From contig OZ220741.1 in assembly GCA_965116885.1 (NCBI GenBank), positions 5,344,001 to 5,408,000 of the forward strand: a stretch of 64,000 bases of DNA, read 5' to 3'. Of this stretch, positions 1 through 8,722 are shown one piece after another (position 1 is the stretch's first letter; each line of letters starts with the position of its first letter). Position numbers and translations under genes: made by a program. This DNA is from Candidatus Latescibacterota bacterium (GTDB lineage Bacteria > Latescibacterota > UBA2968). The notes under the pieces are model-generated. The model was not told the origin of the DNA and did not search any database. It saw only the letters and a program-made list of their open reading frames with translations.

Positions 1-588
1 AAGAGCAAGTGATTTCTGTGTTGGATGATCCACTTTCTCATCACGAAAACGCCTACCGGACAGAGTGGGAAATCGCCACACATCGCCCGCAAGCCTTCCT
101 TCTGGATGCGGCTTCCACTGTTTGCCATTTTTGGTGATTTTATGCTTCAATCGCTCCTTGCTCTTATAGGGTTCTCTGATCGGATGGTAAGTATAATCAT
201 CCCCTTTGGAGAACCAGAGAATCGGCTCATAATGAGCTGCCAAGTTCCTTTTGTTATATCCTGCAAACCCATTCTCATAATGCCAGATTATCTGCCTCCT
301 ATATGTGAGGCCAATCTCATACATATAACACTGAAGCCAGCACAAATGATGATGTATTCCATAAACAAAAATATTTCCACCTGGAGCTAGAACCCTCTTT
401 GCCTCACCAATCCATTTCTTACACCAGGGCAACCATTCATCTTTTCTTTCTGTTTCTTTCCAACTGCCAAAATCCTTCGCTAAATTATAAGGCGGATCGG
501 CAACAACCAGATGGAAAAATTCATCAGGCAGTTGTCTCATCCCTTCAATGCAATCTTGATTGTAAATCACATCAACGGGTGTGTCCAT
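1..588 (-). CDS. DNA methyltransferase (beta-class N6A/N4C), runs off the left edge
   Basis: Hand translation from ATG at 588: MDTPVDVIYNQDCIEGMRQLPDEFFHLVVADPPYNL...IIWHY...DVWRFP...DHPTQKS. DPPY catalytic motif and HPTQK motif. Absent from the ORF track because it has no stop in the window. Confidence 0.88.
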   Translation of the reverse strand, partial: MDTPVDVIYNQDCIEGMRQLPDEFFHLVVADPPYNLAKDFGSWKETERKDEWLPWCKKWIGEAKRVLAPGGNIFVYGIHHHLCWLQCYMYEIGLTYRRQIIWHYENGFAGYNKRNLAAHYEPILWFSKGDDYTYHPIREPYKSKERLKHKITKNGKQWKPHPEGRLAGDVWRFPTLSGRRFRDEKVDHPTQKSLAL

Positions 589-1441
589 TACTATTTCCTT
601 TTTTGTTTTGCAAAATAATTATAAACTGATGATGAATATTAGGGACATAGGCATAGGGATAACCATATGGAAAAATCCGCTTATGCCTTTGATACAATAC
701 TTTGATACCTCTCAGTTCCAAACTGTATTTTGCGAGTGCTTCAGCAAGATGGGCGTGAAACATGACATAATTGGATTTATTTCTGAAATCGCTTACAACA
801 ACAGCCATATATTTGTCCAATTTCAATACCCGACCACAAGCGCCTAAGATCAGGCTAAGTTCTTCCAAAAATTTAGTATAATCGGATATATTACCAAGGT
901 CCAACTCGCTATTACTGTATCTGGTATCTAGGCCATTGCTTCTTCTCTCCTGTCTCACTTTGTGGTCTTCTTTATGTAAAATATTCCAATAAGGAGGACT
1001 GGTTACCACGAAGTCAATACTATCCTCCGGTAATGTCTTGATGAGGTCCCTTGCATCACCGGTGAGAACTTGCTGTTCTTCTTTACTAGAAAAAAGATCT
1101 TTTATTTCGTTATCAAGCCTTTGCTTGGCAAGTTCAGCGTATTTAGGATTTAACTCAAATCCGATCCCCTTTCGTCTTTCAAGGGCACAGGCTTTCAAGG
1201 TTGAGCCTACTCCAACGAATGGATCTAGAACAGTGTCATCAGGTTTTGTGAAGAATCGGACCAGTCGAGCAACATCAGTAAAAGAAAATGGAGCGGGATG
1301 TTGTTTCTCAATTTGTGCATCAGGATGTTTAGCACCTAAACCTTTTTGTGTCCAGACAGACACAGTTTCTGGAATCCACTCTTTAGATGTAAGAGCGTTG
1401 AGCTTGTTGCGCGGGTCAGGAGCATTCTGATTTTCGGTCAC
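572..1441 (-). CDS. DNA methyltransferase, probable N4-cytosine
   Basis: HPAPF, VLDPFVGVGST (SAM-binding motif I), GFELNP and VVTSPPY (catalytic). Motif I precedes SPPY. Confidence 0.88.
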   Translation of the reverse strand: MTENQNAPDPRNKLNALTSKEWIPETVSVWTQKGLGAKHPDAQIEKQHPAPFSFTDVARLVRFFTKPDDTVLDPFVGVGSTLKACALERRKGIGFELNPKYAELAKQRLDNEIKDLFSSKEEQQVLTGDARDLIKTLPEDSIDFVVTSPPYWNILHKEDHKVRQERRSNGLDTRYSNSELDLGNISDYTKFLEELSLILGACGRVLKLDKYMAVVVSDFRNKSNYVMFHAHLAEALAKYSLELRGIKVLYQRHKRIFPYGYPYAYVPNIHHQFIIILQNKKGNSNGHTR

Positions 1442-2342
1442 TTTCCTCTACCTCCTTCAATAGCTTTTCTACAATCTTGCTCATTTGTTCTTCTTGCTTA
1501 TTTCTCCGAAGTTTATATATCCAATTAAATATCAGGGGGTCATTGCTACGCTTTTCGTAGATTTCATTTTGCAGATTTCGAGATTCAATTTCGAGCTGTG
1601 CATCCGATATTCTGCCATCAAGAGTATCGTCCCATAATTTGTCCACATATTCTTTTAAATCCTGTTGTCTTGATATAGAAGCATTGTGCGCCTTATATTG
1701 GTGTATTACCCAAAATATTGCCGGCATCAGAGGCAGTACGATTGCCATTAGCAATTTTTCTACAGTAAAACCTTCCCAGAGACCTAAAAGGAAGACAACT
1801 ACTATAAGACACCCAACAGCGACTGCAATGACTAGGGTATAAAACTTGCGTAATTCTGCATCCCACTGTAGATTTGCTCTCTGGCAAACGAAACGAGCTA
1901 AAGGCATTTGTAATTTCTGAACACCAACAGGATACCAATCTTTAAGTTTAATTTTTTTAGAATTTTTCCTATAATGTTTTGACGAATACTTAACGATTGT
2001 ATCTCGATCAGGATTTGGACCAACTTTCAAATCATACCATGGAAGTTCGAGAACCTTACAGTCGAATAGTTCCTTCATCTTTGCGCCTTTTTTTCGGAAC
2101 GAATCTATCCAAGATGTAAAGCCAAGACTATTAAAAAATGCTATGACAACACCATAATAAGCAGCATAAATTTTTAGGTCAAAATCCCACCAAGCAATCA
2201 GTATCAACCAAAAGGCAACAACGGGAATAGTAAGAATTATCCGCACAATTTCTAATATTTTGGCTTCTGAGTAAATCTGATGTTGGGCTGCCAGCATGTC
2301 GAGTTGTTGTTCATCATTTTGGATTTTGGGTATCTCGTTCAT
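1416..2342 (-). CDS. CBASS S-4TM (SMODS-associated 4TM, Cap16-like) membrane effector
   Basis: N-terminus QNDEQQLDMLAAQHQIYSEAK, ELFDC.VLELPW, LKDWY, CQRANLQWDAELR, SRNLQNEIY..R. Two pairs of TM helices; adjacent to a CD-NTase. Confidence 0.85.
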   Translation of the reverse strand: MNEIPKIQNDEQQLDMLAAQHQIYSEAKILEIVRIILTIPVVAFWLILIAWWDFDLKIYAAYYGVVIAFFNSLGFTSWIDSFRKKGAKMKELFDCKVLELPWYDLKVGPNPDRDTIVKYSSKHYRKNSKKIKLKDWYPVGVQKLQMPLARFVCQRANLQWDAELRKFYTLVIAVAVGCLIVVVFLLGLWEGFTVEKLLMAIVLPLMPAIFWVIHQYKAHNASISRQQDLKEYVDKLWDDTLDGRISDAQLEIESRNLQNEIYEKRSNDPLIFNWIYKLRRNKQEEQMSKIVEKLLKEVEESDRKSECS

Positions 2343-2398
2343 CTGATTATCCCATTTATCCGGAAATTTGGTATGGGACTTCCCTCGCCGAGAATTGT

Positions 2399-3406
2399 TT
2401 ACCTGTAAAGTAGTATATCAAACTGTGGAAACGCTGAACCAAATATATTCCTGTATTGTGCAATAGCTTGTTTGTGGTCATTTCGAAAAGCGGAAATGTA
2501 CGCATGACAAGCATCACCTTGATGCTCTCTTAGCCTTTCTATCGTCCTTTGTCGTACATCGTCGCTGAGATATTCATCAATCGGTGGTCCCAGTCCCTTT
2601 GGGTCTGGACAAGAACGATTCATAAAGTCCGGCGCGCTCGTAAAGACTCTAAAAATACCCTCTGCATAATCTTGAATAGGATTGGTACCGAGCAATGCGA
2701 GGCACATTACCTCAACGTGGTACGAACTTAAACGGTTCCTGTTTCTGCATTTGTTCCAGTATTTGATAAACATAATAATGTGAGAAGCCATCCCATTGTG
2801 AATTTTATTCGCAGCATGGACACGCGCTTTATCCAGATCAGGATTCGTGATTTTCCAGTCTCGGATATTGTGACCCATTGGAATACAATACCGAGGGGCA
2901 TCTATAAGAATCGGCTGAATGTAGAATGCTGGCACAATATCGATGGTGAACCCCAGCGAGGATAAATGGACCGTGATAGCCTGCCCATCTCTCCCGATTT
3001 TGGAATCAGGGTACGTAAGTTTGAGCGTATCTCTAAATTTGTTCAGCACCTTCACCGAATTGAGCATGCCATCCCAATCTAAGAGGTCGTAAAGCGGATT
3101 TGGTAACTTACCTGAACTCTCGATAATGGAAGGCACAATCTGTCCATTTTCAATATAGGAGAGACCACTGCCATCCATCACCGTAAAAACATCAATATCA
3201 TCTAAGGGGCTTATCTTTGTCCAGCGCACGGCTGAGCCAATTAAAAAGTCGCGTTGGATGCGCGGAAAAGATGGATCCCGGACATTGCGGTTGGCGAGTA
3301 CCTGGCGGATATAGTTATGAGAATCAGAGGCTTTTTGCCGTTCAAATTTGCTCGGGCTGATATTGCCGCAAAATTGCCGGAAAGCGGCATCGGTAGTGCT
3401 AGGCAT
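2399..3406 (-). CDS. cGAS/DncV-like nucleotidyltransferase (CD-NTase, SMODS domain)
   Basis: FLIGSAVRWTKISPLDDIDVF (GS...DID), IDIVPAF, WKITNP, IKYWN, LSSYHVE and DPKG motifs. Confidence 0.88.
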   Translation of the reverse strand: MPSTTDAAFRQFCGNISPSKFERQKASDSHNYIRQVLANRNVRDPSFPRIQRDFLIGSAVRWTKISPLDDIDVFTVMDGSGLSYIENGQIVPSIIESSGKLPNPLYDLLDWDGMLNSVKVLNKFRDTLKLTYPDSKIGRDGQAITVHLSSLGFTIDIVPAFYIQPILIDAPRYCIPMGHNIRDWKITNPDLDKARVHAANKIHNGMASHIIMFIKYWNKCRNRNRLSSYHVEVMCLALLGTNPIQDYAEGIFRVFTSAPDFMNRSCPDPKGLGPPIDEYLSDDVRQRTIERLREHQGDACHAYISAFRNDHKQAIAQYRNIFGSAFPQFDILLYR

Positions 3407-3500
3407 AGTTATACTCCTATAAGGTGGGGAGAGGTACTAATGAGTAAAGATAAGGGGAGAGAATAACTACAACCTATAGTGTAGGGAAGTAGATAGACAC

Positions 3501-3529
3501 AATTTATGGGATTGCACAGCAGTTGTCAA
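3501..3529 (-). promoter_or_regulatory. sigma70-type promoter of the CBASS/methyltransferase operon
   Basis: TTGACA-N17-TAAATT on the minus strand; AGGAG RBS before the ATG at 3406. Confidence 0.65.
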
Positions 3530-3596
3530 CCAATAAAAACTGAACAAATGGATAGGAGTTGTATCTAAGTATTTGTATATATTATCGTGTTGATAT

Positions 3597-4643
3597 TCAC
3601 TTCACTTTTTCAACAAACGGCCACATAAGATCGCTGTAGAAGCGGTGACCCGCGGCGCCGTAGTGGTGTTCTACGTGGTCGGGCACACCGGCGATCTCGT
3701 AGAGACGCGCGATGCCTTTGACTGCGCGATCGACTTCGGGCACAGGGAATAGCGTATCCTGTTTCCCATTCACAATACAGAGATGGCGCGGGGCAATAAG
3801 ACCTGTAACATCCCAAATTTCGCCAAAGCGCAAAATGCCGGGCACGCCATTGCAATCGCAATGGTGAATCAAACCACTGGTGCCCACAAGCGTACAAAAA
3901 GAACAACTTGGCACAGCAATAGTAATACGGGGATCAACCGCGGCGGCATAGCAGGTAATCACCCCACCGCCCGAATTGCCCATAACCAGAATCGTAGAGG
4001 TATCGATTTCGGGAATATCCTGTGCCCAATCAATAAGACGCATCACATCCCACACGCGCTCACCCGTTGCCGTGCGCCCGGCGAGCAAAGCATGCATGAA
4101 CTGGCTGCGGCAATCGCGGGCACCGTGGCGCTTGTTAATATCGGGAATAGCCGTAGTACTCGTACCGCGGGCAGCGGGCGCAATGGCGGCAAACCCGCGC
4201 CTGACCGCCTGAACAGCAACATCGCGGTCCTCCGTCTCGATCTTTTTTTGGTGATCGTCATCGCGCGCTTTCCCGATATACGTATCCATGCCGTATTTGT
4301 CGTGCCCGTGTGGCAAAACAGCGAGTGGAAAAGGCCCATCGCCCCTGGGTTTGAGATACCAGAACGGCAAGCCAAAACGCGGCTCGGTAGTAATCACACC
4401 GGGTTGCAACGTATAATCGCCCATATCTTGCGCTGCACCGAGTTGCACCTGAATCGTGTGATCGCCCAGAGACGCACCAATACTTTCGAGCCCCAGCATA
4501 TGCTGAAGCACCGGGCGCGCCTCCTCTTGCCATAGCAGAAAAGATTCGCGATCAGTCGCTCGACACGCGACATAGCGCAGTTCATCGGCATAAAGAGCGT
4601 CGAGATAGGTGCGGACAGCACCGCTGTGTTCAGGATGTTCCAT
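3597..4643 (-). CDS. alpha/beta hydrolase (dienelactone hydrolase/acetyl esterase-like)
   Basis: GNSGGG nucleophile elbow, D-x-L-F-P and C-terminal GHRF. Start reassigned to MEHPEH (4643) to avoid overlapping the divergent gene. Confidence 0.8.
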   Translation of the reverse strand: MEHPEHSGAVRTYLDALYADELRYVACRATDRESFLLWQEEARPVLQHMLGLESIGASLGDHTIQVQLGAAQDMGDYTLQPGVITTEPRFGLPFWYLKPRGDGPFPLAVLPHGHDKYGMDTYIGKARDDDHQKKIETEDRDVAVQAVRRGFAAIAPAARGTSTTAIPDINKRHGARDCRSQFMHALLAGRTATGERVWDVMRLIDWAQDIPEIDTSTILVMGNSGGGVITCYAAAVDPRITIAVPSCSFCTLVGTSGLIHHCDCNGVPGILRFGEIWDVTGLIAPRHLCIVNGKQDTLFPVPEVDRAVKGIARLYEIAGVPDHVEHHYGAAGHRFYSDLMWPFVEKVK

Positions 4644-4668
4644 ATTGAATAACCTTTCGAGGAAAAAA

Positions 4669-5433
4669 ATGGCAGACACACTGCGAGAAGTACTGGATTT
4701 TGCAACAGATGCCGCCTGGCAAGCCGGACGGATCACGCTACAGTATTTTCAGACCGGCGTCGAAGTAGAGGAAAAGGCGGATGAATCACCTGTAACAGCC
4801 GCAGACAAAGGAGCCGAAACAAAATTGCGGGAATTGATAGAAGCGCGTTTTCCCAATGACGGCATTGTGGGAGAAGAGCACGGAGACAAAAAAGGAACAA
4901 CCGAACGACGATGGATTTTAGACCCCATTGACGGCACAAAATCATTCGTACAAGGCGTGCCCCTCTACGGAGTAATGGTCGGCGTGGAGGTCGAGGACAA
5001 ACCCGCCGTTGGCGTCGTCCATTTTCCAGCGCTAAATGAAATGATTTGCGCCGCTCAGGGACTGGGATGCACCTGGAATGGTCGCCCCACGCGGGTATCT
5101 GACATATCGGACATTCAGGACGCGACCGTGATCTTGACCGATTTTGTGAATGGGCATGGGCGAGGTGAAGCCATGGACCGGATCTGCTCACGCGCCAAAC
5201 TCGTGCGCGGCTGGGGCGATTGTTATGGCCATATGCTCGTCGCAACCGGGCGTGCAGAAATCATGCTCGACCCCATTATGAGCGTATGGGATTGTGCCGC
5301 ACTCGCGCCCATCCTGAAAGAAGCGGGCGGCACATTCACGACGTGGAGCGGCGAGGCAACGATTTGGGGCAACGAAGCCGTAAGTACAAACGGAGCGTTA
5401 TTTGAAGATGTGATGCAATTGATTAAAGAATAA
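4669..5433 (+). CDS. hisN: inositol monophosphatase-family histidinol-phosphatase (HisN-like)
   Basis: KADESPVTAAD, GEE, WILDPIDGTKSF, RGWGDCYG and WDCAA motifs. GAGG RBS before MADTLR. Confidence 0.75.
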   Translation: MADTLREVLDFATDAAWQAGRITLQYFQTGVEVEEKADESPVTAADKGAETKLRELIEARFPNDGIVGEEHGDKKGTTERRWILDPIDGTKSFVQGVPLYGVMVGVEVEDKPAVGVVHFPALNEMICAAQGLGCTWNGRPTRVSDISDIQDATVILTDFVNGHGRGEAMDRICSRAKLVRGWGDCYGHMLVATGRAEIMLDPIMSVWDCAALAPILKEAGGTFTTWSGEATIWGNEAVSTNGALFEDVMQLIKE

Positions 5434-5434
5434 T

Positions 5435-6634
5435 TTATCCCGCAAATATCGAGCGATTTGATATGCCACAGATGCAATCTTCGCGCATGAATCCCGGCAC
5501 AAATTGGGCGGTTCGACCAGAAGGCGCCACGCCTGTATAGTAGCCCGAGAATTGTTCATTGAAAGTAGTCAAACGGTCGCGCGAAGCCTCACTGCTCTCC
5601 GCAGCCACAATGTACGCATTGTTAAAAACCCCATTTTCTTTCAACCCTGCGCCGCCTGCTGCCACGATATGCCCGTCAATCGCATTGAGAATAGCATCTG
5701 CATCATCGCCGCCAACACCGCTCACGAGCACCTCGGATATCCCCTGCCGCCGGATGGCCGTCCATGTACTGAAACCATCGACAATTTCCCCCGAGCGATC
5801 AATGGCGACATCGCCGGTAACGCAGCGCGGTTGCGGTTCAACGATACCATCGAGATTGGGAATGCGCGAGACCGGATAAATTCTACCCGCGGGGCGGTGG
5901 TCGCCAAAATAATCGGCAATCACTTGGCGCACGGTTTCAATGCGCGTCCAGGTTGCCGAAGGATTGTCGTCAATCGCGACGAGAACCTCGAGATGCGCGG
6001 TTTGCGTTTTGAAATCCACATTGTCAGCCGCGAGCTTTTTTTCGTACTGTTCTACGAGCACAAATTCCATCTCTTGTTTGAGATCGTCGCCGAGTGTCGT
6101 AACCGTATTGCCCCCAGAATCGGTATGCATCACCGACGCACCACTGGGCTGATGATCGGCCCACGCACCGTACTCGATCTTCCCATCGCCAAAGGAAATA
6201 TCCTCCCCCTTAACCGCTTTGATTTCCACCTCAAAAAGTGCTACTGGATCTGGAAACCCTTCTCCATGGGTAAAACGCGCCATGCGATTGGATTTGAGTT
6301 CACAACCCGTCACAGCATCAATCATAGGGCCATATACAGCATTAAACGCATCTCGATATGCCTCACAGTCGTCACGGCTATCAGATGGCGTCGTCCACAG
6401 GACATCGGTTTTGTACACATCGCCCCAGTTCGCGCCCCCGCGCGCAAGGCCCAGACTCAGGTTCTCAATGGTGCCAAACCACTCTGACCCGAGTTCATTG
6501 GGATACTGCGTACCCACATTGCCGCTGGGTTCAACAAGGCGCACGACCTGATCGTCGTCATAAGTCATAACAACTTCGGCTGTGCTACAAAAAATGGGAA
6601 TGGGTTTGTGACGGATAATATTGACGCTTGCCAT
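5435..6634 (-). CDS. hypothetical protein, apparently three tandem Rid (YjgF/RidA)-like domains
   Basis: Three ~125-aa units with SG(N/G/V)G, ENL...DVYK, FN.VY/YF and LFEVEIKAV-like features. Confidence 0.5.
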   Translation of the reverse strand: MASVNIIRHKPIPIFCSTAEVVMTYDDDQVVRLVEPSGNVGTQYPNELGSEWFGTIENLSLGLARGGANWGDVYKTDVLWTTPSDSRDDCEAYRDAFNAVYGPMIDAVTGCELKSNRMARFTHGEGFPDPVALFEVEIKAVKGEDISFGDGKIEYGAWADHQPSGASVMHTDSGGNTVTTLGDDLKQEMEFVLVEQYEKKLAADNVDFKTQTAHLEVLVAIDDNPSATWTRIETVRQVIADYFGDHRPAGRIYPVSRIPNLDGIVEPQPRCVTGDVAIDRSGEIVDGFSTWTAIRRQGISEVLVSGVGGDDADAILNAIDGHIVAAGGAGLKENGVFNNAYIVAAESSEASRDRLTTFNEQFSGYYTGVAPSGRTAQFVPGFMREDCICGISNRSIFAG

Positions 6635-6681
6635 AGTGAAAAATCCTTTGTGTTGGAGTTACCAGAAATTCGGTTTTCTAC

Positions 6682-6710
6682 AAGATAGAGCTTGAAATAC
6701 ACAATGTCAA
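6682..6710 (-). promoter_or_regulatory. sigma70-type promoter
   Basis: TTGACA-N17-TATCTT upstream of the gene starting at 6634. Confidence 0.6.
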
Positions 6711-6723
6711 TGCACGCGGAAGA

Positions 6724-7476
6724 TCAGCCACCTTTGGATTGAAAAAACGCCCGCGCTTCGGCCAGAGACTCGCGGTTGCCAATATCGAGAACACCGCCAT
6801 CAATATTGTAAGCATAAACGGTTTCGCATGTATGCAACCATTCTAAAAAATGCCCAGGCGCGTCGGAATTGCCCCCATTGGCGATATATTCTTCAAAACG
6901 GGGCAGTATCGACGCCGGATAAATATAAACCGGCAAAGCCGACCACTCGGAAATGGGTTTATCGGGTTTCTCAATAAATTGCAAAACGCGATTATCTTTG
7001 TCTAACCGGACATTGCCCCTGCGCTTGCGATCATCGTAGTCGGAATTGTAGCGCACGGCAATATGAGAGACGGGATTGGATTTGAATATATTGACCAATG
7101 TTTGGAGAGAAAACAGCAGAATATTATCCGCGGCGAGAACGAGAACATCATCGGCAATATCGCGCGCATCAATAGCAAACTGGATATCGCCCACAGCACC
7201 CAAACGATCATCGTTGGAAGTTGTGCCATCGTTGAGAACCTCTATCTCCCCTCCCGTATGCACCGCTCTATTTGTACGCGCCCAATCGGCAAAGTGCCCG
7301 TAAAACCGGTGATTGGTCACCACATAAACGCCATCGATATCTGCAATAGCTTTAATCTGTTCAATCAGGTGATCGAGAATAGTCTTCCCACCTACTTCCA
7401 GCAAGGGCTTGGGAAAATTTTTTGTAAGAGGATACAGCCGCGTGGCGTATCCCGCCGCGAGAATAATAGCTTTCAC
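6724..7476 (-). CDS. sugar-1-phosphate nucleotidyltransferase
   Basis: MKAIILAAGYATRLYPLT..PKPLL, EKP and LDIG motifs. Overlaps the kinase stop by 4 nt. Confidence 0.88.
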   Translation of the reverse strand: MKAIILAAGYATRLYPLTKNFPKPLLEVGGKTILDHLIEQIKAIADIDGVYVVTNHRFYGHFADWARTNRAVHTGGEIEVLNDGTTSNDDRLGAVGDIQFAIDARDIADDVLVLAADNILLFSLQTLVNIFKSNPVSHIAVRYNSDYDDRKRRGNVRLDKDNRVLQFIEKPDKPISEWSALPVYIYPASILPRFEEYIANGGNSDAPGHFLEWLHTCETVYAYNIDGGVLDIGNRESLAEARAFFQSKGG

Positions 7477-8654
7477 AGAATCCTAACTCCATCGTCGGGT
7501 TGACAAATAAAAACAGGGGCATTCTTTGATAAATCGGGATGTTTGGCTCCATAAGCCGATTGAACCTGTTCAATCGCTACACTGGATTTTTGGGGATTAA
7601 CCAGTGCAACACAACAGCCCCGGAAACCGGCGCCGCTAAACCTGGCACCGTAAATCCCATCGGTTTCAATGAGAATATGGTAGAGATCAATGAGAGGTTT
7701 ACTACCGCATTCGTAATTCTCAATAGAACTGCGCCCCGACTCAGCGATCAGCCTGCCAAAAGTCTCGAGATCGCCAGTGCGCCAGGCATCAATACCCAGA
7801 CGCACGCGCTCAGATTCCGTAAAAAAATGTCTGGCGCGTTTGGCAAGAGCACCGCTTAACAGGTTTTTATGCATTTCGTATTCTTCAAAAGTAATATTGC
7901 CGAGCAATGGTTCTCGATCAGAACGCCCCACAGCATTGAGCAATATTCGCGCTGCACGGGCGCATTCATCTACCCGTGTGTTATACCCCGTCGAAACCAG
8001 AGCCTCGCGCAAGCCCGATTGGGCAATCAGAATATCAAAGTCTGGCATAGTATTGGACCGGGGGATCAATTCGTGTGTAGCCGAAGCGCAATCAATCACT
8101 GTGAGAGAGTCCTTCTGCGACAACAAGATCGCCGATTGATCCAGAATACCATTTTTGAGACCGAGGTAGCCATTTTCAATCGCCTGATCGAGCCGAATAT
8201 TATCTGCGGGCAATAGGGACAAATCATTGGCCTCTTCGTAAGCGAGCAAATAAGCCACGCCAATAGCGGCCGATGAACTCAAACCCCCTTCGTTCATTCT
8301 GCCCGCCGTAAGCCCCGTAATCCCGCGCGTGAGCTTATGACCCTCTTGCTGCAATGCGCGCACGGCACCACGCGGGAAATTGCCCCAATCCCCATCTATT
8401 TTGTCGGGCACATCGCTCAGTGCAAACGAGACCTCACCCTCAAAAGTAAGACTCTGAAGATGCGTATTGGCATCGCCCGATGGCGCAAAAGCGAGGTACA
8501 CAGCCTGATCAATAGCCATAGCCGTAACCTGTCCGAACTGGTGATCAATATGCGCGCCGAGCGGACATATCCGATAGGGCGATCGCACAACGCGCACATC
8601 GGCAGGCGCAACACCAAACCGGCGCTTCATTTCTGTTTTGAGTTGATCTATCAT
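7473..8654 (-). CDS. GHMP sugar kinase, galacturonokinase-like
   Basis: SPYRICPLGAHIDHQ, GLSSSAA, IENGYLGLKNGILDQSAILLS and YGARFSGAGFRGCC match plant galacturonokinase motifs as recalled. Start set at MIDQLK. Confidence 0.8.
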   Translation of the reverse strand: MIDQLKTEMKRRFGVAPADVRVVRSPYRICPLGAHIDHQFGQVTAMAIDQAVYLAFAPSGDANTHLQSLTFEGEVSFALSDVPDKIDGDWGNFPRGAVRALQQEGHKLTRGITGLTAGRMNEGGLSSSAAIGVAYLLAYEEANDLSLLPADNIRLDQAIENGYLGLKNGILDQSAILLSQKDSLTVIDCASATHELIPRSNTMPDFDILIAQSGLREALVSTGYNTRVDECARAARILLNAVGRSDREPLLGNITFEEYEMHKNLLSGALAKRARHFFTESERVRLGIDAWRTGDLETFGRLIAESGRSSIENYECGSKPLIDLYHILIETDGIYGARFSGAGFRGCCVALVNPQKSSVAIEQVQSAYGAKHPDLSKNAPVFICQPDDGVRIL

Positions 8655-8722
8655 GAGTAGTCGGTTGTCTATGGTCAGCAGTCGGCGATCAACAACATTA
8701 CAAAAAAAGGAGAACAACCGCA

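Noticed and set aside
25..629. Plus-strand ORFs 25-390 and 399-629
   Set aside because: Antisense shadows of the minus-strand methyltransferase; no recognisable motifs.
5504..6487. Long antisense ORFs (also 21639-22547, 22808-23680, 52803-53705)
   Set aside because: They mirror well-supported genes on the opposite strand and show no motifs; explained by codon bias.
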